Notes: a model not told the origin generated them from the sequence alone. Positions 1-9,675 are shown, counted from the first letter of the stretch. The stretch is 64,000 nt of DNA from Treponemataceae bacterium (GCA_963678065.2 CAXXVZ010000002.1:192001-256000); one strand, 5' to 3'. Translations and numbers: made by a program.

Positions 1-707
1 CCGTACACATGGCCGTCGAGGGTGATGTATTTCTGGACCTCAGCCAGTTTTCCCATGAGGATCGTCGGGATCGGGTTTTCCTGTCCGTCGACGACCTTGG
101 TCTGCAGTGCGGTGTAGGTCTCGGTCCAGGCGATGGGGGTCGGGCTGGCGCCCATGGCTTTGAGCATATTGACGTACAGCGGTGTTTCCTGGACGCGGAT
201 CTTGAGACCCTTCATGTCGGCGGGCGTCTTTATCGGCCTGACATTGTTCGTGAAGTGACGGAAGCCGACCTCGGCGAAAGCCAGACAGCGCATCCCGGTC
301 TCTTTGAGGAACTGAGCCCTGAGTTTATCGCCGAAGGGACCATCCATGACCTGCCATGCGACTTCGCCCGAGGGGAAGAGGTAGGGAATATCGGTCACCA
401 TCGCCGAGGGAAAGAAGTTGGAAATGACGCCCGAGGAGATGCCGGCTTCCACAGTGCCGGCCTTGACGCCTTCGACATACTCGCGCTCTGCGCCGAGGGA
501 TCCACCGCCATAGACCTTCACGTTGATCTGGCCGCCGCTTCTCGCGTTGACCAAACTCGCGAAAGCGAGAGCCTGCGCGTGTTTGCGCGATACCGTGGCA
601 TCGGTCGAATCGGCGTGCGCAAGCTTCAGTTCGAACACCTTTGTCTGGGCGAAGACCGCAGTCACTGCCAGGGAAACCATGAGTACGCAGATTAAGAATC
701 TTTTCAT
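1..707 (-). CDS. dctP: TRAP transporter substrate-binding protein DctP (3' end runs off window)
   Basis: Hand translation from ATG 707 (or GTG 710), AGGAGG at 715-720: MKRFLICVLMVSLAVTAVFAQ signal peptide, then LGAEREYVEG, GFRHFTN, DMKGLKIRV, ETYTALQTKVVDGQENP motifs. Absent from the ORF track because it is open to the window edge. Confidence 0.92.
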   Translation of the reverse strand, partial: MKRFLICVLMVSLAVTAVFAQTKVFELKLAHADSTDATVSRKHAQALAFASLVNARSGGQINVKVYGGGSLGAEREYVEGVKAGTVEAGISSGVISNFFPSAMVTDIPYLFPSGEVAWQVMDGPFGDKLRAQFLKETGMRCLAFAEVGFRHFTNNVRPIKTPADMKGLKIRVQETPLYVNMLKAMGASPTPIAWTETYTALQTKVVDGQENPIPTILMGKLAEVQKYITLDGHVY

Positions 708-760
708 CACTCCACCTCCTGATAAAATTGGGATCGGCGGCACTGCGCCGATATCAAAAA

Positions 761-1726
761 TCAACTGGGCCAGGCGATTGTATACAGATGCTTCCCGCCG
801 TTCGTCGGACCGAGAAGGAGGGCTTTCAGCTCTTCCTCGTTCCGCTGCGACATCAGCTTGCTGTCGGGGAGCTGCCCCACGGGGAATTTGGCAAGAATGT
901 CATCGTGGAGCTTGACGAGGTAGTTGAGCACGTTCTCGATCGCCTTGTAGGCCTTGGTCGGCTCGGCGAGCGTGGCCTTCCCGAGAACGCCTTCGGGGAA
1001 GGTGACGCACTCGATGCCAGTCCCTCCGATGATGCAATGACCAGGGATGGGATTCCCGTAGATGTCCCCGCCCTTGTCCACGTGGCCGGGAGGAAGGAAG
1101 CCGCCCAGCTTCGTGTCCTCTGCGTGTTCGAGCTGGCACATCTCGGGGAAGAGGGCCATCGAGATCGAGGTCTCTGCCTCGTCGGCGTGCTGGAAGGGCG
1201 TCTCGAATGGGCCGCCGTGAGCCTTGTCCTTCAGGTCAGTTCCCATGACACGCGGAAGATCGACGAAAATGACGACTGCGGGAACCTGATACTTTTTCCC
1301 CCATTCCTGGATCGCCGAGGGGAGGGCGTATTCCTGCCCGTGCATGCTGAGGAATATCTGCTTCCTGAATCCCGTGTTCCAGAATCCGGAGATCATCGAC
1401 CTGATGTGGTCGCAGAAAACGCTGTCGGGGAGCGGAACGGTCCCTGGCTGGCCGATGTGGTGGAAGGGATGAGATCCGTACCACATGGGCTCGGCGACCG
1501 TGCAACCGGTCGCTTGAGCCACCATCTCGGCTATCCTCGTGACGATGAAGGTATCCTCGCCGTAAGGGCCGGCCTTGCCGTGGTTCTCCGTGGATCCGAT
1601 GGGGATGAGGATGACATCATCTTTCTTGAGCCTCTCCTCCGCATCGTATTTCGTCATTGTCTGGAAGTAAATCTTGGAGGGCCTGTCCATGTGTCCCTCG
1701 CGTACCGGCAAATTCCAATTAGGCAT
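761..1726 (-). CDS. iolN: Creatininase-family hydrolase, IolN-like (3-dehydro-scyllo-inosose hydrolase subfamily)
   Basis: GSTENHG...GEDT, HGQE and HADEAETS metal motifs; IYFQTMT, GFWNTGFRKQI, GFLPxGHxDK and PEGVxGKATLA segments recall Thermotoga IolN. ATG 1726 with GAGGAG RBS. Confidence 0.8.
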   Translation of the reverse strand: MPNWNLPVREGHMDRPSKIYFQTMTKYDAEERLKKDDVILIPIGSTENHGKAGPYGEDTFIVTRIAEMVAQATGCTVAEPMWYGSHPFHHIGQPGTVPLPDSVFCDHIRSMISGFWNTGFRKQIFLSMHGQEYALPSAIQEWGKKYQVPAVVIFVDLPRVMGTDLKDKAHGGPFETPFQHADEAETSISMALFPEMCQLEHAEDTKLGGFLPPGHVDKGGDIYGNPIPGHCIIGGTGIECVTFPEGVLGKATLAEPTKAYKAIENVLNYLVKLHDDILAKFPVGQLPDSKLMSQRNEEELKALLLGPTNGGKHLYTIAWPS

Positions 1727-1755
1727 ACTCTGTTCTCCTCTCGCGAATAGTAGGG

Positions 1756-2115
1756 CTAGATCCGATGGCTCTTGAGCTGGGGCGCGTAAACCCACACGAA
1801 CTTGAGCTTCGTCGTCCCCGTGTTGACGATCTTGTGGGTGGCTCCAGGCGGGTTGTAGACGCAGATTCCGGGCTTGAGGTCGATCTCCTCGTCAGCCGTG
1901 ATGAATTTCCCCGTTCCTTCCAGGAAGAGCATCACTTCCTCTTCGGTATCATGCTTGTGCTCGGGGACCATGGAACCCGGCTCCGTCTCGTTCACCCCGA
2001 GGGCGAGATTCTGCGAGCCCACGGTCTTCTCCGAAATGAGGATCCACGAGGCCCTTGGCGGAGTTTTCCGCTCGGGCTCAACCTTGTTGATGTCGACTAC
2101 CTTCAATCCTGACAT
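1756..2115 (-). CDS. Cupin-domain protein (possible isomerase)
   Basis: PEHKH..EEE and P.GATH cupin metal motifs; 119 aa. Confidence 0.85.
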   Translation of the reverse strand: MSGLKVVDINKVEPERKTPPRASWILISEKTVGSQNLALGVNETEPGSMVPEHKHDTEEEVMLFLEGTGKFITADEEIDLKPGICVYNPPGATHKIVNTGTTKLKFVWVYAPQLKSHRI

Positions 2116-2134
2116 GATTCTCCCTCTCCTTGTC

Positions 2135-2881
2135 TCAGCCGATGAAAATGCCGCCGTTCACGTCGAGGGTAACCCCGGTGACCCAGTCGGACCTCGCCGA
2201 TGCCAGATAGATGACCGCGTCCGCCACGTCCTCCGGATACCCGTCCTTCGATACGGCCCTGCCGGCGTTCCACGACGCGAAAACTTCCTTTGTATACTGC
2301 CTCGTCTGCTCGGTGAGCATGGGGCCCGGGCAGATGGTGTTCACATAGATGTTGAAGGCTCCGAGCTCCTTGGCGAGGCACTTGGAAACACCGATGAGGC
2401 CAGCCTTGGAAGCCGCGTAGTTGACGCCGACGCCCGGCCTGCCCGTCCTGCCGCCGAGGGAGGCGATATTGACGATCTTCCCGGAGCCCTGTTTCTTCAT
2501 GACCGGCGCGACGGCCTTGCAGCAGAGGAAGGGGCCGGTGAGGTTCACCTTGATGACGAGATCCCAGAGTTCGAGGCTCATCTCATCGAGGTTCTTGTGC
2601 CTGGAGATGCCCGCGTTGTTGACGAGGACGTCGATCCGCCCGAACTTTTCGGTCGTCCGGGCGACAGCCTCGACAGCCTCGGCCTCATCGGTCACGTTCA
2701 CTTTGACCGCGATTGTCCTCTCTCCCGCGGGATCGAGCTCGGAGGCGACCTTCCGCGCCGCCTCGAAGTTCATGTCCCAGAGGGCCACAAGAGCCCCTTC
2801 CGCGAACAGTTTCCGCGCGATCACTTCGCCGATTCCGTTGCCCGCGCCTGTCACTACGGCGACTCTATTTTCCAGTTCCAT
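2135..2881 (-). CDS. SDR-family NAD(P)-dependent oxidoreductase
   Basis: TGAGNGIG, NNAG, YAASK; start at MELENR. Confidence 0.92.
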   Translation of the reverse strand: MELENRVAVVTGAGNGIGEVIARKLFAEGALVALWDMNFEAARKVASELDPAGERTIAVKVNVTDEAEAVEAVARTTEKFGRIDVLVNNAGISRHKNLDEMSLELWDLVIKVNLTGPFLCCKAVAPVMKKQGSGKIVNIASLGGRTGRPGVGVNYAASKAGLIGVSKCLAKELGAFNIYVNTICPGPMLTEQTRQYTKEVFASWNAGRAVSKDGYPEDVADAVIYLASARSDWVTGVTLDVNGGIFIG

Positions 2882-2898
2882 TGTTTTGTCCCTCTCCA

Positions 2899-4632
2899 TC
2901 AAAGCTGGCCGGCGGGAACGTAATCGTCCCACATGGCATGCATTTCGCTCATCGGCACATCGAAAACAGCGTTGTTCGGAGGCAGGGGTTCATCCTGCAT
3001 GAATTCGGGCATGGGATGGAATTCCTCGGAGGCGCCGGATCTCCTGTTGAACTCCCGTTCGGTCATGATCGTGTCGTAGCCGAGGCGGACAACATCCTCC
3101 ACGCTCATCTCCCATCCATACCTGCCCTTGAGCAGGTTCGCGAACATCTCCGGCCTCTTGAGGAAGGGAGGCCGTACGAAGAGGCAGAGGCCGAGGGTAT
3201 CCAGGAGGGCTGCCCTGATCTGCAGCTTCCTCGAGACCGCAACCTGCCCTTCGGCCTTCAGAGGATCGAGGGTTTTCAGGGTCTCGAAGGCGTTTCCCGC
3301 CGTGTGGTCTGCGCCCATCGGCGAGGTGACATAGGTGACGCCGTTGCCCTTGACTCCCCTCGGGTCGTAGCCCGGCATGGCCTGGCCCTTGATGACCGGC
3401 ACGCGCCTGATTCCGAAAACCCTTCCGGTAATCTGGGCGCCGTTGCCGAGAACCCGGCCGAGGCAGGTCCCCTGGCCGATCTGGCGGATGAGATCCTTAG
3501 CGCCTTCGGCATCGCCGAACCGGATGATGCCGGCCTCCATGGCCACGCCGATGGCGGCCCCGGTCTCTATCCCGTCAACGCCGACCTGATTGCAGAGATT
3601 GTTCAGTTCCGCGATGTCGTCGAGGCTGCCGATCCCGCAGTTGGAGCCCAAAAGAGAGATATTTTCATATTGTATGGAGGCGACGATCTTTTTGCCGCTC
3701 CTGTCCGGAAAGATGTTGCTGCACTTGATCACACAGCCGGCGACGCAGGGCTTTCCCGCCCCACCCTCCCCGCCGCGCGCAAGTATTTCTTCCCGGACGC
3801 GTTCTCCCGCTATCTCGTCTGCGCGCTCGAAGCTGCCCGAGCTGAAATTCCTGGTAGGAAGGAGTCCCGACGCGTTGGCCAGGGCAAGAATCGCCGGAGT
3901 CCCAAAGAGATTCCGGTTCTCGGTCTTGGGATCCTTAAGGAGGGCTTCCGTCATCCACTTCGACGTGGCCGCGAGGAGTTCCGGATCGAAGATATCCGGC
4001 TTGAAGGTCGAACCTGCGTCGTCGATGACTATCGCCTTCAGCCCCTTCGACCCCATGAGAGCGCCCAGTCCGCCGCGGGCGGCGTAACGTATCTGCACAT
4101 CCTCGTTGTCCGGGGAAGCGATCCCCGCTCCGTACATGAGCATCTCACCGGCGGGACCGATGCAGAAGATGCCGACCTTTTCCCCGAATCGCTCGCGGAG
4201 AGCGGCGACCGCCTCTGCAACTTGCAGACCGCGCAATTCGGGTGCAGGTTCCATCCGGGATCCCTTCGCCGCGACGACGAGGACGTCCAGAGAGGAAGTG
4301 GCGGGCGTATCTTCTATTACGAGGGCCCTGATGCCGAGCTTCGCCAATCTCTTGCCGGCGAGGCCGCCGACATTGCTCTCCTTGACGCCCCCCGTCAGCG
4401 GGCTCTTTCCTCCTATGGACAGCTGCCCCGCCGTCGTCACGGAGGTATCCGCGAGGAGGCCCGAGGCGAAAATGAGCTTGTTCCGCCGGCCCACCGGCTC
4501 GCAGGTCGGAGGCACTTCCCGCAGGAGGAAATTTGCGAGGAGAGATCTTCCTCCCCATCTCATTTCCTCTTCTGTCGCCTTCTGCTCCAGGATGCTCCTG
4601 TCGCGGACATTCACGCGAAGAATGGTGTTCAT
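2899..4632 (-). CDS. Aldehyde:ferredoxin oxidoreductase family (W/Mo-pterin, 4Fe-4S)
   Basis: KSPLTGG.KESN.GG, AARGGLGA.MGSK.LKA, CVAGCVIKC cluster, YDPR, GADHT, distal LGLC. Confidence 0.92.
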   Translation of the reverse strand: MNTILRVNVRDRSILEQKATEEEMRWGGRSLLANFLLREVPPTCEPVGRRNKLIFASGLLADTSVTTAGQLSIGGKSPLTGGVKESNVGGLAGKRLAKLGIRALVIEDTPATSSLDVLVVAAKGSRMEPAPELRGLQVAEAVAALRERFGEKVGIFCIGPAGEMLMYGAGIASPDNEDVQIRYAARGGLGALMGSKGLKAIVIDDAGSTFKPDIFDPELLAATSKWMTEALLKDPKTENRNLFGTPAILALANASGLLPTRNFSSGSFERADEIAGERVREEILARGGEGGAGKPCVAGCVIKCSNIFPDRSGKKIVASIQYENISLLGSNCGIGSLDDIAELNNLCNQVGVDGIETGAAIGVAMEAGIIRFGDAEGAKDLIRQIGQGTCLGRVLGNGAQITGRVFGIRRVPVIKGQAMPGYDPRGVKGNGVTYVTSPMGADHTAGNAFETLKTLDPLKAEGQVAVSRKLQIRAALLDTLGLCLFVRPPFLKRPEMFANLLKGRYGWEMSVEDVVRLGYDTIMTEREFNRRSGASEEFHPMPEFMQDEPLPPNNAVFDVPMSEMHAMWDDYVPAGQL

Positions 4633-4633
4633 G

Positions 4634-5698
4634 CTAGTGATCCTTCTCCTCGGTGGCTGATATCCTTCGATCGCTCCCCATCACGGCGAGGATCCCGTTT
4701 ATGGCATCCACGACCGTCGCGGGAACATCTATCCCCAATCGTCGGCTCTCCTCTTCCTTCTTCAGCTCCAATTCGCCGGGGAGGAGAATCTCGGTGACCC
4801 CGGGCTGTTTCTTCAGCGCCTTGATTTCCGTGACGTACTCGTCCATCGTCTGCGCGAAAGCCTCAGGATCGACGAAGCGGCCGATGTCGGCGGCAATGAA
4901 ACAGGCCCCGACGCCCGTCGCTCCCTCGAGTTCGTGGAAACTTCTCAGCCTGCGCCCGTAGGCCGAACCGGAGATCACGCCGGAGAGGACGTCGATCATC
5001 AGCGCGAGTCCCGAGCCCTTCGGTCCGCCGAGGGGCAAGAGGGAGCCCTTCAGCGCGCGCTTCGCGTCCGTGGTGGATTCACCGTTCTCGTCGAGGGCCC
5101 ATCCGGCGGGAATACTCTCCCCGGCGAGCGAGGCCAGGCGGATCTTGCCCCTCGCAACGACGCTTGAGGACATGTCGAGGATGAGCGACTTCCCCTCGCC
5201 CGACGGAACCGCGATGGAAATGGGATTGGTTCCGAAGAAAGGCTCGCCGCTGCCGTAGGGAGCCACTGAAGGGTTCCCATTTGTCGTTATTATGGAAACG
5301 ACTCGATCCTGCGCCGCCGCAGCCGAGGAAAAGTAACCGAGAGCGCCTACATTGTTGGTGTTCCGGAGAACGACCATGCCGAGGCCGTGACGTTTCGCCT
5401 TCTCGACACAGAGACGGAGGGCTCGGAAGGCGGCAACCTGCCCGAGTCCGTTGTTTCCGTCGAGGATGGCGGTGGTATCGTCGTCCTTGATTGTCTCGAC
5501 GTGGGTTGGAAAGCTGAGCATCCCGACCGAAACCCTTTGGGATACCATGCGGAGCAGATTGATTCCGTGAGTATTGACCCCGCGCATATCCGCGCTGACG
5601 AGAGCGGCGGCGGCGATCCGGGCGTTCTCTTCATTTTCACCGAGACGGATGAGGATCTCCTCGGCAGTCTCGCGCAGCTTGGTTTCCGGTATCCTCAT
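4634..5698 (-). CDS. Ldh2 family (malate/L-lactate/ureidoglycolate dehydrogenase-like) oxidoreductase
   Basis: AD.RG..THG, GTNPI, LDMSSS..ARGK, GG.KGSGL, LPGE motifs. Confidence 0.92.
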   Translation of the reverse strand: MRIPETKLRETAEEILIRLGENEENARIAAAALVSADMRGVNTHGINLLRMVSQRVSVGMLSFPTHVETIKDDDTTAILDGNNGLGQVAAFRALRLCVEKAKRHGLGMVVLRNTNNVGALGYFSSAAAAQDRVVSIITTNGNPSVAPYGSGEPFFGTNPISIAVPSGEGKSLILDMSSSVVARGKIRLASLAGESIPAGWALDENGESTTDAKRALKGSLLPLGGPKGSGLALMIDVLSGVISGSAYGRRLRSFHELEGATGVGACFIAADIGRFVDPEAFAQTMDEYVTEIKALKKQPGVTEILLPGELELKKEEESRRLGIDVPATVVDAINGILAVMGSDRRISATEEKDH

Positions 5699-5705
5699 AT
5701 ACAGT

Positions 5706-6377
5706 TCACTCCTCGACCAGTCCAAGGGATTCGAATACTTTCTCGAGGCTGTTGAGCTCGACGCTCGAGGTCCCGCCCTTCAGGAGCTTCGCCTTCGACT
5801 CCTCGAACTCCACCCTCTTCAGGGATTTCTCGAGCACCGACTCGCATTCTTCCAGTCTGACGACGACCATTCCGTCGTCGTCGCCGAGGATCAAGTCGCC
5901 TGGGAAAATTGTCACCTGGCCGAAGTTCAGCGGATAGTTGATGAGACCGAGAACTCCCTTGGCTGTTCCCCGGATGCAGAAGCCCCGGCAGAAGATGGGG
6001 AAGCCCATCCTCTCGATCTCGGCAGAATCTCGGATGCAGCCATCGATCGCGAGGCCGGCCAAGCCCCGGGCGACCGCGGCTGTCGCCATCAAACCGCCCC
6101 AATAGCCATAATCGTAAGCCCCACCGACGCTGGCGACGAGGACAACGCCCTCGGGCGATCGCTGGAGTGCCTTGTGCAACATCAGGTTGTCCCCCGGGGC
6201 GCACTGAACCGTGTACGCGGGACCGCATATACGGGTCCCCTTAGCGGCCGGCCTGATGGCGTTCTCGATGAAGCCCTTCCTGCCCGAGGCCTCATACACG
6301 GTTGCAACGTCCAGAGCCTTGAATGCTTCGATAATCGAGGCCGCAGGCTTCCGGATCTCCTTCCTCACATGTGTCAT
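5706..6377 (-). CDS. RraA-family HMG/CHA aldolase, LigK/GalC-type (4-carboxy-4-hydroxy-2-oxoadipate aldolase-like)
   Basis: ATVYEA.GR.G, PGDN.M.H, WGGLM, DGCIRD, GDDDG.VVV; carries the N-terminal extension typical of the LigK clade. Confidence 0.85.
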   Translation of the reverse strand: MTHVRKEIRKPAASIIEAFKALDVATVYEASGRKGFIENAIRPAAKGTRICGPAYTVQCAPGDNLMLHKALQRSPEGVVLVASVGGAYDYGYWGGLMATAAVARGLAGLAIDGCIRDSAEIERMGFPIFCRGFCIRGTAKGVLGLINYPLNFGQVTIFPGDLILGDDDGMVVVRLEECESVLEKSLKRVEFEESKAKLLKGGTSSVELNSLEKVFESLGLVEE

Positions 6378-7060
6378 AGTACCGTCCTATTTCTGATAGT
6401 CAGTTGATTGATATTGACTAGCGAAAGATGCAGATGCTCTCGCATCGCCTTCTCTGCCGCGTCAGGATCCCCGTCTACGATGGCCTGAAGGATCTTCTTG
6501 TGCTCGTCCACGGTCTCGTAAAGGCGCTTCAGCTCGAAGCGTTTGATGAAGAACACCCGGATCCGGACGATGTGCGCCAGGGTAGTCCGATAGTACTCGG
6601 TCAGGAAACTGTTGCCCGATGCCTCCACGATCGCGGTATGTATCTGGTATCCCGACAGCAATGAGTGGCGCAGCTCTACCTCATCGTGGATTTTGAAGGA
6701 ATCATGGTTCTCAAGGATCTCCGCAAACTGCACGTGCGATGGAAAGGACGCCGCGATGCGCGCGGCGGCGCACTCGAGGATTTCGCGCACTTCAAAAATC
6801 TCGTGGATCAAATCGATACCGATCGGCGCCACAAAACAGCCCTTGTTCGGCACGACGACGATGAGGCGATTGTGCTCCAGCTGTTGCAGGGCTTCCCTCA
6901 CGGGAGTTTTGCTGACACCGAGATCCTTGCAGATACTCTGTTCGTTCAGGTACTCCTGCGGCTTCAATTCATTCTGAACAATTTTGTTCTTCAGGATCTC
7001 ATATACTCGTCTCTTTTTGTTGATCTCAGAACCGATCTCGACGATTGTTTCTACCGGCAT
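6374..7060 (-). CDS. GntR-family transcriptional regulator (FCD domain)
   Basis: GVSKTPVREAL HTH; EH..I..AI...D...A...MREH FCD; AAGGAG RBS upstream of ATG 7060. Confidence 0.93.
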   Translation of the reverse strand: MPVETIVEIGSEINKKRRVYEILKNKIVQNELKPQEYLNEQSICKDLGVSKTPVREALQQLEHNRLIVVVPNKGCFVAPIGIDLIHEIFEVREILECAAARIAASFPSHVQFAEILENHDSFKIHDEVELRHSLLSGYQIHTAIVEASGNSFLTEYYRTTLAHIVRIRVFFIKRFELKRLYETVDEHKKILQAIVDGDPDAAEKAMREHLHLSLVNINQLTIRNRTVL

Positions 7061-7079
7061 ATGTGGCCTTCTCCTTAAA

Positions 7080-7151
7080 TAGCGATCAGACATCGCTAAG
7101 CTATCGCCGATATATCGGCGTTATTTTCACCCCGTTCCAAGAATCTGTCAA
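7080..7151 (-). promoter_or_regulatory. Sigma70-type promoter with palindromic operators for the GntR operon
   Basis: Minus-strand TTGACA (7146-7151), 17 nt, GAAAAT; perfect 16-bp palindrome CGCCGATATATCGGCG (7105-7120); TAGCGAT-N5-ATCGCTA (7080-7098). Confidence 0.65.
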
Positions 7152-7409
7152 CTAAAATCTTCACGTTTTCACGAATCTTTAAATGTGCCTCCTTTCAAGC
7201 CGATCCTGGAGAAATTGTCAGAAATTTCTCCAGTGCTACGGTACACAGCGGATATCCGACCGCGATCCGTATTAGATATTAATAATATATGATTGACATA
7301 TTGGGAAGATGTTCCTGTTCTCCCAATAAATCAGCCCTGCCCCATTTGTCAAGGGAAAGTTGAGAGGAGGCCATGGTTGGAGCCTGATATCGCAGCCATG
7401 CTCACGAAT

Positions 7410-7443
7410 GTGAAAAGACCGCGGTTGACCGCGGTCTTTTCAC
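7410..7443. terminator. Intrinsic terminator downstream of the esterase gene
   Basis: Perfect 16-bp inverted repeat GTGAAAAGACCGCGGT-TG-ACCGCGGTCTTTTCAC with T-tracts on both strands. Confidence 0.8.
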
Positions 7444-7489
7444 CCCATCAGGATTATCCTGAGAGATATCGAACGAATCCCTGTCGATA

Positions 7490-9328
7490 TTACTTCACAA
7501 CACTGGGATCGCGCATGTACTCGATTTTTCCACCCACTCTTCGATACTTGCTGAAATGTTCGTCCCATATCATCCAGGATTCATCGGCGATGTTGTTGTG
7601 GGCACGTCCCATAGTGATGGAATAGCGGACTATGGGGACGCCAACCTCGTTGAACCAGAGCTGGTGCTGAAATCTGCCGCTTTTATAGGTATACGGCTTG
7701 TCGATATCGCCATTCGTGAAGCGACGCACCCAGTACGCCATGGTAGCCTTGAGGACGGGGCTCTTGGTGAACCCGCCTGGCCATATGTCGTTCTCGCCCG
7801 TGATGACCCAGATGGGGACCTGGCCCGTAGTGTTGATGTTGGCCGGCCATACGAAGTTGGGCTGGTCGATACCCATGATCGGGCCGGAGGTCGCGCCGAT
7901 GGCGGCGAAGGTTTCGGGCGTCTGCATCGCCACGAGATGGCTCATCATGCAGCCGAGCGACTGTCCTGTGAGGTACACCCTGGTCGGGTCGATATTGTAG
8001 GTGGCCTCGACTTTCTTCACGAGCTCGTTGAGGAACTTGACATCGTCGGGCCGAGTCGGGTCGGCGAGGGCGTTCCACTGCGGCCGAGGCACGCAGTTGG
8101 TGCCACTTGTATACGGGAAGGCACTTGGGAAAGCGAGAATGAAACCGCGGGCATTTGCCACCTTGTACCATTCGCTGTGGTGAGCGACCATGATCTCGCC
8201 CGTCTGCCCGGAGCCGTGATTGACGACTACAAGGGGAACCGGATCCTTGGAATCGCGCAGGGCGGGAGGAACGTATTCCCACCACTCGCGGACATAGCCG
8301 TCCACCTCGAGCTGAACCTTCCTGACACCTTTCTCCACATAATTAAAAGGCGGGATGATAGTGTTCTGGAGGCAGCCTAAACCATAACGGCTGTTCTTGA
8401 GCATATAGTCGGTGTAGATCTTCTCGTTCGCTGCCGGGTCGATGTAGTTGGTCTTCTGTTCCGTCACTTGCACCCTGCCCGCGACTATCGATTCCTCGAT
8501 ATCCTTCGCAAGACTCTCTGCGGACTCCATGTAAACTGTCGTCTTGCCGTTCGTGTAGCCAACCGGATCGCACTTGTCCGCTTTTGCCCAGTAGTCGACC
8601 GTCTTCTGGACACCTGGCGTCATTTCTTCCGTGATGATCCAGACCTGTGTCTTTATCTCGCTATTCATCAGAGCCTTGTTATGCGCGGTCGGCGTCTTGG
8701 CCATGGTCTGCATGTAAGCTTCAGGGATCTCGCTGCCGTCAACCACGACCAGGGCCGAGCAGAGCTTCGGGTTGCTCATGATGTACTGTTGCAGCATCTG
8801 GCCACCGTCGCCGTAGCCGATAAAGCGGAAGTTGAACTGGTTGTTGTTGTAGTACGGCCGGACATCGATGACGCGGGCGAAGGCCTTCGTAATGTAGGCC
8901 ACTTCGTCGGCCGCCATGGTGACGTTCCACTTCTTGTCGACACCTTCGAGAACGAACAGGAACTGGGAATACTTGTCCGCGATTGCCATCCAGCCACTCG
9001 CCTCGAGGAAGGCGACTGCGTCCACGCCCGAGGGCACGGCGACGACGATGTTGTTTTGCCCCTGCTTGGCGCTTGCAGGGATATAGACCTTGAACGACCG
9101 CTTCACGCCGTTGACATCGAGAATGTCGTCGTACAGTCCCTGGTAAACAGGAGCGTAGGCGTCTTTCGGGTTCAGGGTCTTCACCATATTCACGAAATCC
9201 GGAGTGGCCGGGAAGAGCTTCACCGCCGTTTTGGCTGGCGACAAAGACAAATCGCTTGCAGCCGACAGCGGGAGAGCCAACGCCAACCCGACTATCGCCG
9301 CCAGGAAATGAATCAGACCTCTTCTCAT
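7490..9328 (-). CDS. Secreted tandem alpha/beta-hydrolase (PHB-depolymerase/LpqC-like esterase)
   Basis: Signal peptide MRRGLIHFLAAIVGLALALPLSAA; C-terminal domain with NHGSG, DDVKFL, IDPTRVYLTGQSLG and His in GRAHN; AAGGAG RBS before ATG 9328. Confidence 0.85.
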   Translation of the reverse strand: MRRGLIHFLAAIVGLALALPLSAASDLSLSPAKTAVKLFPATPDFVNMVKTLNPKDAYAPVYQGLYDDILDVNGVKRSFKVYIPASAKQGQNNIVVAVPSGVDAVAFLEASGWMAIADKYSQFLFVLEGVDKKWNVTMAADEVAYITKAFARVIDVRPYYNNNQFNFRFIGYGDGGQMLQQYIMSNPKLCSALVVVDGSEIPEAYMQTMAKTPTAHNKALMNSEIKTQVWIITEEMTPGVQKTVDYWAKADKCDPVGYTNGKTTVYMESAESLAKDIEESIVAGRVQVTEQKTNYIDPAANEKIYTDYMLKNSRYGLGCLQNTIIPPFNYVEKGVRKVQLEVDGYVREWWEYVPPALRDSKDPVPLVVVNHGSGQTGEIMVAHHSEWYKVANARGFILAFPSAFPYTSGTNCVPRPQWNALADPTRPDDVKFLNELVKKVEATYNIDPTRVYLTGQSLGCMMSHLVAMQTPETFAAIGATSGPIMGIDQPNFVWPANINTTGQVPIWVITGENDIWPGGFTKSPVLKATMAYWVRRFTNGDIDKPYTYKSGRFQHQLWFNEVGVPIVRYSITMGRAHNNIADESWMIWDEHFSKYRRVGGKIEYMRDPSVVK

Positions 9329-9675
9329 AAAAAACTCCTTAAAAAAAGGATCAAGAATATTGCGTACAGGCAATAATCCACTAATCCACTGCCCGCAGAA
9401 CCTGACTATCCTGGCAGACAAATAATTTCCACGCCGCCAACATACTCGACAATTTGCGGACTTCATTGTGCAACATCAACAAGCAATCTATTTGTTCATT
9501 ACAGCCAACTGTCGTATCCTCCTCCCGAGGCATCTTTGACTTTGACAAAAGAACCAATGACGTCGCAACTTGCCATACAAATCTTGTCAAGAGGGTAAAG
9601 CTCTCACCGTTTATGCTGCCGCAACCCATCAATGTTTTGTGGGCAATTGTGATTGGACCATCGGACGAGATTGTT

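Noticed and set aside
2713..4797. Long antisense or alternate-frame ORFs (e.g. 2713-4797, 38373-40133, 31354-32562, 10745-12349)
   Set aside because: They shadow well-supported genes, are typical of high-GC codon bias, and show no motifs or RBS.
7206..7328. Inverted repeats CTGGAGAAATT-N6-AATTTCTCCAG and TATTGGGA...TCCCAATA in AT-rich intergenic DNA as a MITE or sRNA
   Set aside because: No target duplication, no second copy in the window and no recognisable RNA family; function cannot be supported.
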